Source: an uncultured Acidobacteriota bacterium
GTDB taxonomy: Bacteria > Acidobacteriota > Polarisedimenticolia > J045
NCBI GenBank assembly: GCA_963702425.1
Contig: CAVPCQ010000037.1
Span: 160,001 to 224,000, forward strand
Reading direction: 5' to 3'
DNA length: 64,000 nt
Shown here: piece by piece, positions 1 through 6,665 of the stretch
Position numbering within the stretch: the stretch's first letter is position 1
How the letters are laid out: each line of letters begins with the position of its first letter
Translations under genes and position numbers: made by a program
Notes under the pieces: model-generated
Database searches by the model: none
The model's input: the letters and a program-made list of their open reading frames with translations, nothing else
What the model was told of the DNA's origin: nothing

Positions 1-811
1 CTGGAGGTGCCGCCGCCATCACGCCGTCCCGCTCGAGCTCGCCGGCGAGCCGCCGCGCGCGCGCTCCCACCGCACCGGCGGCCGGCAGGCTTCCCAGCTC
101 CCGCAGCATGAACAGCGCGTACGGGTGGCGGGTCGCGGCCGCGACGGCCAGCTCGCCGGCGGCGCGCGCTGCACCGACGCCGGCGTGGAGCGCGGCGGCC
201 GCCAGCGCGGGCAGGAAGAGCGCCGCGAGGGCGGGGTGGCTCTCCGCCGCGATGGCCCCGACCGTCAGCAGGGCCTCGAGGTCCGCCGGGTCCTGCAGCG
301 GGCCGGGCCAGAGGCCGCGGGCCCCGACCAGCCGCAGCTCGCGGTCGATCGCTTCCGGCGTCGCCGGGAGCGAGGCCAGCTGACGCCCGACGAGGTGGCG
401 GTGCGCGAACTCCGGCCGGCGGAACGACCGGCCGACGTCATCCGGGTGGAGCGGCACGCCGCACGCTTCGAGCGTGGGCAGCAGCTCGAGCTTGGCGTCG
501 TCCGGCAGCGCGCGGTCGTCGAGCGCCGCGCGGAGCGTCTCGCGCGCCGCGGCCGCGCACCGGGACCGTTCGCCCGGATCGAGCGTGCGCCCTCCGAGCA
601 GCGTCTCCAGCGTGCGGGCCGCGTGCGCGCGCAGTTGCGGGTCCGTGTCGCGGGCGGCCAGCCAGGCCAGCGCCGCGGCGCCGGAGGGCGCGTCCGGAAG
701 CTCTCCGCTGACGAGCCCCGCCGACGCGCGTGCCGGCCGCGGCTGCGCCACGAGCGAGCGGCGCACCGTGAAGACGGATGCGGGCGGCGACGGGCGGCGG
801 GGCGCAGGCAC
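1..811 (-). CDS. Hypothetical Ala/Leu-rich helical protein, runs off the window start
   Basis: Manual translation from GTG at 811 stays open toward the window edge with GC3-rich codons (...ALAWLAARDTDPQLRAHAARTLETLL...DDAKLELLPTLEACG...). No family recognised. Confidence 0.55.
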   Translation of the reverse strand, partial: MPAPRRPSPPASVFTVRRSLVAQPRPARASAGLVSGELPDAPSGAAALAWLAARDTDPQLRAHAARTLETLLGGRTLDPGERSRCAAAARETLRAALDDRALPDDAKLELLPTLEACGVPLHPDDVGRSFRRPEFAHRHLVGRQLASLPATPEAIDRELRLVGARGLWPGPLQDPADLEALLTVGAIAAESHPALAALFLPALAAAALHAGVGAARAAGELAVAAATRHPYALFMLRELGSLPAAGAVGARARRLAGELERDGVMAAAPP

Positions 812-855
812 CAGGGTCCCTCGAGCGGAAGGCTAGCACCGCGCCGCGGGGCTCG

Positions 856-891
856 AAAAGAAGAACGCCGCGCGACAGGGCCGCGCGGCGT
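856..891 (-). terminator. Intrinsic terminator downstream of the OmpW-like gene
   Basis: 10-bp stem ACGCCGCGCG/CGCGCGGCGT, 7-nt loop, followed on the minus strand by TCTTCTTTT. Confidence 0.75.
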
Positions 892-915
892 CGGATGATC
901 CGTTCCGAGCTCGGA

Positions 916-1534
916 TCAGAAGCGGTACGCCAAGCCGGCCTGGAACGAGAGCGGGTTGAGGTCGTAGCCGCCGTTGATGCCCTCCACGTCGACGTCCGGC
1001 GAGAGGAAGATGTAGCTGATCGAGGTGTTGATCGCGAGCCCCTTGTCCGAGACGTTCCAGTCGGCGCCCCATCTGGACACCGTAGCCGAAATCGTCGTCA
1101 AGGTTGCGGCTGATGAAGTAGTAGCCGATGACGGGGCCGAGATACATGTCGACGTAGCTCCGGCCGAAGACGTGGAAGTTCAGCGCGAGGGCGATCGGCG
1201 TCATGCTGTACTTCTGCTGCTGGAAGAAGGTGTCGGTGCTCTTGCTGGAGCTCTTCGGGGTATCGGAACCCGCGTCGAAGTTGCTGTAGCCGGTGGAGAA
1301 CTCGAGCCCCATCAGCTTGCTGAAGCGGTACTCGTAGGCGAGGTAGCCGCCGAATCCCGGGTCGGTGCTGAACTCGATGTTCTCACCGAAATACTCGTAG
1401 TTCTGGTTGCCGTTGACCCACGTGTAGACCAAGCCGCCGCGGACGATGTTGCTGGTCTCGCCAGCAGCCAGCGCAGGGGCGGCGACGGCGGCGAGGACGA
1501 CCAGCGAGAGAGCGAGAATCTTGACCATGCGCAT
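916..1534 (-). CDS. OmpW-like outer-membrane beta-barrel protein (one frameshift near 1068)
   Basis: Signal peptide MRMVKILALSLVVLAAVAAPALA, amphipathic strands (GYLAYEYRF, PIALALNFH), C-terminal ...LNPLSFQAGLAYRF. The two halves join if one G is removed from a GGGG run. Confidence 0.8.
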
Positions 1535-1733
1535 TCCTGAATCCTCCAATTGGGTTCCGGGCCTTTCGGCCGGGATCGAGCGACAGTTTATACAGTAAAC
1601 CCGGTGCCGGCGCCGCCCCCCCCGCCACCGTCCATTCCCCACCGGGCGACCGCTGGTGGCGCACCGTGACCCGATCGTGACCGGCGGGGTGTAAAAAAGC
1701 AAGGTACCGACCCGTCCGGAACCGGAGTGCCTC

Positions 1734-1871
1734 ATGAATCGCTGGGTGAAGTGGCTGATCGTCATCGGCGCCGCGGCGCTGGTCTTCGAGGTGGTGCGCC
1801 GCGCGCGCGACGCCGACTTCCCGTTCGATCTGGACCTGCTCGACGAAATAGACATCGAGGAGATGAGCTAG
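1734..1871 (+). CDS. 45-aa single-pass membrane microprotein (not in ORF track)
   Basis: GGAG upstream, then MNRWVKWLIVIGAAALVFEVVRRARDADFPFDLDLLDEIDIEEMS*. TM helix plus acidic tail, host-like codon usage. Confidence 0.7.
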   Translation: MNRWVKWLIVIGAAALVFEVVRRARDADFPFDLDLLDEIDIEEMS

Positions 1872-1901
1872 GCCTCCGGAGAACCGCACTCCCGCTCCGA
1901 G

Positions 1902-2285
1902 TTAGCCGGAGGGCCGGCCCCCGGGGTGGGCGCGCACCATCGCGATCCCGTCGTCGACCGACGGCCCATGATCGACGATCCGCAGGAACCAGATCGCCTC
2001 GAGCAGCCGCTCCACGGGCGGCGGCGCGGCCGCCAGGACGACCGGGTGGCCCGCGTTGCGCGAGGAGACCACGATCGCCGCCAGGATCCCGATCCCGCAG
2101 CTGTCGAGGTGACTCACGCCCGCGAGGTCGACGACCACGCCCCGGACGTCTCCCTTGATCGCGCGGCAGGCGCGTTCCTGGAACTCGAAGCAGGCCGCAC
2201 CATCGGACAGGCGTCCGCGCAGGTGAAAGACCCGCACGCCGTCCGCGAGGGACTCCTCGTCGCACCCGAATCGTTCCGAAGCCAT
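1902..2285 (-). CDS. STAS-domain anti-sigma factor antagonist
   Basis: VVVDLAGVSHLDSCGIGIL matches the SpoIIAA/RsbV phospho-Ser motif (D-S-x-G). Confidence 0.9.
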   Translation of the reverse strand: MASERFGCDEESLADGVRVFHLRGRLSDGAACFEFQERACRAIKGDVRGVVVDLAGVSHLDSCGIGILAAIVVSSRNAGHPVVLAAAPPPVERLLEAIWFLRIVDHGPSVDDGIAMVRAHPGGRPSG

Positions 2286-2331
2286 CGTGATCCGCTCCTG
2301 CGGAAGGGCGACCCGCGGCGGCCGGTCGTCT

Positions 2332-2406
2332 TGGAGCCAGAGGCGAGGATTGAACTCGCGACCTGCTGATTACGAATCAGCTGCTCTGCCACTGAGCTAC
2401 TCTGGC
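2332..2406 (-). tRNA. tRNA-Thr(CGT)
   Basis: GCCAGAGTAGCTCAGTGGCAGAGCAGCTGATTCGTAATCAGCAGGTCGCGAGTTCAATCCTCGCCTCTGGCTCCA. Cloverleaf, anticodon CGT, encoded CCA. Confidence 0.97.
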
Positions 2407-2506
2407 CGGGAGCCGCGAAAAAGCGGCGCATCATACCCCTTGGGGCGAGGGCTGCGCCAGACGGGGCGCGCTATGCTCGCCCGCCCGCAGCCTGGAGAAC
2501 GGGTCC

Positions 2507-2932
2507 ATGTTCCGCCGCCGCCGCCGTTTCGCCGATCGCTTCGAGAGTCGTCGCTTCTGGACCGACGAGCTTTCGTACGTCGGGCCGGGGCTGGTCCTCG
2601 AGGGCTCGCTGCGAGCCAGCGGCCCGGTCGCCGTGGCGGGCAAGGTTCGGGGCGGAATCGTCTCCGCCGGGCTCGTGCGAATCCTCCCGGGCGGCCTGGT
2701 CTGCGGCCCAGTGGAGGGGCTCGCGGCCCTGGTCGAGGGCCGGGTCGAGGGCACGGTCACGATCCACGAGGCCGCGGAGATCGCCGTCAGCGCGCAGATC
2801 ATCGGCAATCTCGAGGGGCCGAGCCTGGCGATCGCGGAGGGGGCCTACGTCGCCGGCCGCGTCGACGCGACCGCGCGCCACCCGGTGATCTTCCGCGAGC
2901 GGCGCCTCCCGCGGGCCAAGCCACCGCGCTGA
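2507..2932 (+). CDS. Bactofilin / polymer-forming cytoskeletal protein
   Basis: Beta-helix repeats SYVGPGLVLEGSL...VAGKVRGGI...VEGRVEGTV...IIGNLEGPSLAIAEGAYVAG. Confidence 0.88.
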   Translation: MFRRRRRFADRFESRRFWTDELSYVGPGLVLEGSLRASGPVAVAGKVRGGIVSAGLVRILPGGLVCGPVEGLAALVEGRVEGTVTIHEAAEIAVSAQIIGNLEGPSLAIAEGAYVAGRVDATARHPVIFRERRLPRAKPPR

Positions 2933-2957
2933 GCGCGCTGTCGGCGATTCCCCGGCC

Positions 2958-4583
2958 TCAATACGGCCGGTCCCAGGGATCGCTCGGTGGAGCCTCCTTC
3001 ATCGCGCGATCCCACGCCAGGGGCCCCGGGTGGGCGGCGATCGCACGCGCCGCGGCGAGCGCGAGGCCGGCGACCCGGGCCGCCTTGCCGGCATCGAGCG
3101 CGTCCGCGGTGTCGCCCGGGGTGTTGTAGTCCTTGTGCGGCCCGGTGAAGAGCATCACGGCGGGCACGTCCTTCTCGGCGAACGAGGTGTCGTCGCTCCG
3201 TCCCGGCGGGCGGAGATAGGGGAGCTTGCGGACCTCGAGCCCGACCGTCGTCGCGGCCGCGGCGAGGATCGCCGGCAGGTCGGTCGCGCGCGCGGTGTAG
3301 GAGGCGAGCACGACGCCGGCGTAGTCGCCGCGATCGCCGTTGTTGCGGCCGATCATGTCCATGTCGATCACCGCGACCGGGCGCGACCCGCCCGGCCACG
3401 GCACGGCGACGAAGGCGTGCGAGCCGAGCGCGCCCTTCTCCTCGGCGCCGAAGACGGCGAAGACCACGCTGCGGGGCAGTCCGTGGCCCGCCGCAGCGCC
3501 CGCGCGGAGCGCCTCCGCGAGCGCCAGCACGCCCGCTGTGCCGCTCGCGTTGTCGTCCGCGCCCGGGTAGACGACGAGCGACCCGTCGGCTCCCGTGTCG
3601 GCGCCGATATGATCGTAGTGGGCCGCAACGACGACGGTCTCGCCGGCGAGCTGCGGATCGCTTCCGGGGAGCACGGCGACGACGTTCTGCTGCTCGAGCG
3701 TCTCGGCGCGGTAGCCCGGCAGCACGAGCCGCACCGTCGCACCGTCCAGGGCGCGGCGGGGACTTCGCCCGACGCCGGCCGCCGCGAGCAGCTCGGCGGG
3801 AGCGGCGTGGCCCGCGGCGAACAGGCGCGCGGCGACCTGCTCGCCGACGTACACGACCGGCGGCAGGGGCGCGGTGCCGGGCAGCACGAAGCGCGGCCGC
3901 GCCTTCTCGCGCAGATCGCGGCGCCAGGATTCCTCGATCGGCCGCCCCCCCGGCGGCGCGGCGACCAGCAGCAGCGCCGCCCCCGCCTCGGCCGCGGCCG
4001 CGGCCTTCGTGGCGACGAACGAGAAGCGCGACATCCGGCCCGGCGCGAAGGCCGAGCGATCCCCGTCCAGCTTGGGCTCGCCGGCCCAGACCAGGACCGC
4101 GCGCCCCTTGACGTCGAGCCCGGCGAAGTCGTCGTGTTCCGGCTCCCGCGCACGGATCCCCCAGCCGGCGAAGACGACGGAAAGGGGCGCCGTAGCGGCT
4201 TCGGTCGGCGGCGCCAGCAGCTCGACGAACACCCCCCGCCCCTGGGGAACGGCGGCCGTGTCGCCGACTGCGAGCCCCGCGCCGGCCTGGTCGAAAGAGA
4301 GCCGCTGGACGTCGAAGGGCTGCAGGTAGGCGCCGTCCGGCCCGGCCCCGGCGAGCCCCATCCTGGCGAAGCGCTGGGCGACCGCGAGCGCGGCGAGCGC
4401 AGCCTCCGGCGTGCCGGCCTCCCGGCCGCGCAGCGCGGGGTGGGCCAGGAGCTGGACGTCGGCGGCGATCGAGGCGGCGGAGATCGTCTGCGCCGCGGCG
4501 GCCGGGACGGTGAGCGCGAGCAGCGTCGCGAGCGCGGCCCGGCCGGCCGCGCGAGCGGGAACGGAGGCGCGTGAGCGGGTCAT
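2958..4583 (-). CDS. Secreted M28 family aminopeptidase with PA domain
   Basis: Signal peptide, AHYDHIG, PGADDNASG, FGAEEKG, DMDMIGR, SDD and H-x-D-Y-x-TPGD motifs. PA insert VFAGWGI...DFAGLDVKGR. Confidence 0.92.
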   Translation of the reverse strand: MTRSRASVPARAAGRAALATLLALTVPAAAAQTISAASIAADVQLLAHPALRGREAGTPEAALAALAVAQRFARMGLAGAGPDGAYLQPFDVQRLSFDQAGAGLAVGDTAAVPQGRGVFVELLAPPTEAATAPLSVVFAGWGIRAREPEHDDFAGLDVKGRAVLVWAGEPKLDGDRSAFAPGRMSRFSFVATKAAAAAEAGAALLLVAAPPGGRPIEESWRRDLREKARPRFVLPGTAPLPPVVYVGEQVAARLFAAGHAAPAELLAAAGVGRSPRRALDGATVRLVLPGYRAETLEQQNVVAVLPGSDPQLAGETVVVAAHYDHIGADTGADGSLVVYPGADDNASGTAGVLALAEALRAGAAAGHGLPRSVVFAVFGAEEKGALGSHAFVAVPWPGGSRPVAVIDMDMIGRNNGDRGDYAGVVLASYTARATDLPAILAAAATTVGLEVRKLPYLRPPGRSDDTSFAEKDVPAVMLFTGPHKDYNTPGDTADALDAGKAARVAGLALAAARAIAAHPGPLAWDRAMKEAPPSDPWDRPY

Positions 4584-4621
4584 GCCCGCATCGTAACCCG
4601 GGCAGTTAAACTCCGCGCATG
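4584..4621. promoter_or_regulatory. Back-to-back leaderless-type promoters (-10 box, 6 nt, ATG) for the M28 gene and the intron-interrupted M16 gene
   Basis: Minus strand TACGAT-gcgggc-ATG(4583). Plus strand TAAACT(4607-4612)-ccgcgc-ATG(4619-4621). No SD before either ATG. Confidence 0.6.
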
Positions 4622-6665
4622 GTGCGTCGTGAAGAAGCCGGTGGCCAGGGCCAGCAGACGGCGATGGGGGTCCGGTTTCATGCTGCACCGATCCAGCGGG
4701 TGGAAGTCCCGCCCCGGTAAGCGCCGGAGCGCCGGGTAGCAGGCCCCAGGCGAGGGCGGGAGACCGCCTTGCCCGAGCGGGGCATCGAAAGCCTGCGAGG
4801 CGGCGGAAGCCGTGCCGCAGGGAGCGAGCACGCGGGCCGCAACCTGAAGTGAAGCCTGCAGCCTCGACAGAGGAACAATCCGGGGGCCGAGCCGCTCATG
4901 TCACGGCGAAGGCAACACCGCCCGCGTCAGAACCGGAGCGCGCGGGCGGTCCCGGCGGGGTAGGGGGCGCAGCACGCGTGCAAGGAGCGGTGCGGAACAC
5001 GAGAGACCCGTCTGCGCGGCCCACGTCGGGGCCAGGCGCGCCGTATCAGCCGGAGGCGAAATCGGCCGTTGCGCAGCGGGAGTCCGAGGGGATCGTAGTA
5101 CCGGTGATCGTCGCGACGAAGAACGCGACGGGAGGGAAGGGTCCCTGCGGTGGTCATGTCGTCGAAGCAGGTAAGCGCGAGGGAATGGCCGCCGCGAGCG
5201 GACCTAACGACCCCGGCGCCGGCGAGGCGCGCGAGAAAGTGCGACGACTGCAACGACGGCTGTGGAGTGCGGCCAAACGGTCGGCTGGGAGGCGTTTTCA
5301 CGCGTTGTACGACCACCTCCACAGGGGTGACGTCCTGCGGGAAGCGTGGCGGCGAGTGCGGGCGAACCGCGGCGCGGCGGGCGTGGATGCCGAAACGATC
5401 GCCGAGGTCGAGCGGTATGGGGTCGAGCGGATGCTGAACGAACTCGGCCAGGCCCTGCGTGCGAAGGAGTACCGGGCCGGGGTGGTGCTGCGCCGGTCCA
5501 TCCCGAAGGCTGACGGAAGGCAGCGGCCGCTGGGCATCCCGACGGTCCGGGACCGGGTGGTGCAGAGGGCGGCGAAGCTGGTGCTGGAGCCGATCTTCGA
5601 GGCCGATTTCCTGCCGGTTTCGTATGGCTTCCGCCCCAAGCGGAGCGCGCAGGGTGCGCTGGAGACGCTGAGGAAGCTCGGCGCGAAGGGGCACCATCAC
5701 GTGCTCGACGCGGACATCCGCAACTACTTTGGGAGCATCGACCACGACAAGTTGCTGAAACTCGTCGGGCGACGCGTCTCGGATCGGCGGGTGCTCAAGC
5801 TGCTGCGGCAGTGGCTCGAGGCTGGGGTGCTGGAGGATGGCACGGTGACCCCGACGATCGCGGGGACGCCGCAGGGCGGGGTGATTTCACCGCTGCTGTC
5901 GAACATCTACCTGCACGTCCTTGATGTCCTGTGGACGCGACACAGCGCTCCCTTGGGGACGCTGGTGCGTTACTGTGACGACTTCGTGGTGCTGTGCCGC
6001 ACGAAGGTGGCGTGCGAGCGGGCCGAGGAGCGGATACGGGTGATCCTTGGGCGGCTCGGCCTTGAGTTACACCCGGAGAAGACGAGGCGGGTCGAACTCT
6101 GGAACGGTAAGGAGGGCTTCGATTTCCTCGGCTGCCATCTGCACAAACGTCTGAGCGGCAAGGTCTGGGAGCAGACGGGACAGCGCCTGTACTTCCTGCA
6201 CCGGTGGCCGTCTCCACGGGCGATGAAGCGGATCCGGCAGCGCGTGAAGGAGCTGACCCCGCGGGGACGATGCCACGCCGATCTGCGCGAGGTGATCGCC
6301 GTCCTCAACCCCGTCCTGCGCGGGTGGGGTGCTTACTTCCGCACCGGGAATGCCGCCAAGCGCTTCAATCAGGTCGATCGCTACGTCTGGCAACGGCTCC
6401 GGCGCTTGCGGCTTCAGCGCCAAGGCCGATCCCTCCAGCCTGGCGAGGCGGCCCGATGGACGCGCGAGTTCTTCTGGAACCTGGGATTGCACCGGCTGCG
6501 GGGCACGATCCAGTCCCCCGAACAGCCCTTCTGGCAGGCCGTGTAATGCCGCGCCTCGAGAGACCACCGGTAAGCCGTGTGCGGGAAATCCGCACGCACG
6601 GTTCGAAAGGGGGTCTTGCACGTCCGACGGGGCAACCCGGTCGGGCGCGATAGGATCTACCAATG
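4622..6665 (+). mobile_element. Group II intron (ribozyme plus RT/maturase ORF)
   Basis: 5' GTGCG at 4622. Domain V AGCCGTGTGCGGGAAATCCGCACGCACGGTTC at ~6573-6604 with AGC triad. Domain VI with bulged A at 6659, ending ...CTACCAAT(G). Exact boundary uncertain by 1 nt. Confidence 0.93.
5185..6546 (+). CDS. ltrA: Group II intron reverse transcriptase/maturase, no endonuclease domain
   Basis: RT0 (AWRRVRANRGAAGVD), RPLGIPTVRDRVVQ, SYGFRP, DADIRNYFGSIDH, GTPQGGVISPLLSNIYL, YCDD, FDFLG, X domain (LNPVLRGWGAYF). Start placed at ATG 5185 after GAGGG. Confidence 0.95.
   Translation: MAAASGPNDPGAGEAREKVRRLQRRLWSAAKRSAGRRFHALYDHLHRGDVLREAWRRVRANRGAAGVDAETIAEVERYGVERMLNELGQALRAKEYRAGVVLRRSIPKADGRQRPLGIPTVRDRVVQRAAKLVLEPIFEADFLPVSYGFRPKRSAQGALETLRKLGAKGHHHVLDADIRNYFGSIDHDKLLKLVGRRVSDRRVLKLLRQWLEAGVLEDGTVTPTIAGTPQGGVISPLLSNIYLHVLDVLWTRHSAPLGTLVRYCDDFVVLCRTKVACERAEERIRVILGRLGLELHPEKTRRVELWNGKEGFDFLGCHLHKRLSGKVWEQTGQRLYFLHRWPSPRAMKRIRQRVKELTPRGRCHADLREVIAVLNPVLRGWGAYFRTGNAAKRFNQVDRYVWQRLRRLRLQRQGRSLQPGEAARWTREFFWNLGLHRLRGTIQSPEQPFWQAV

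Noticed and set aside
4849-5184. N-terminal 112 codons of the 565-aa RT ORF
   Set aside because: This overlaps ribozyme domains I-III. An ATG with SD at 5185 just before RT0 is the more plausible start.
5185-6546. RT as retron, DGR or CRISPR-associated RT
   Set aside because: RT0, X domain, 5' GTGCG and domains V/VI identify a group II intron. No msr/msd, TR/VR pair or cas1 was seen.
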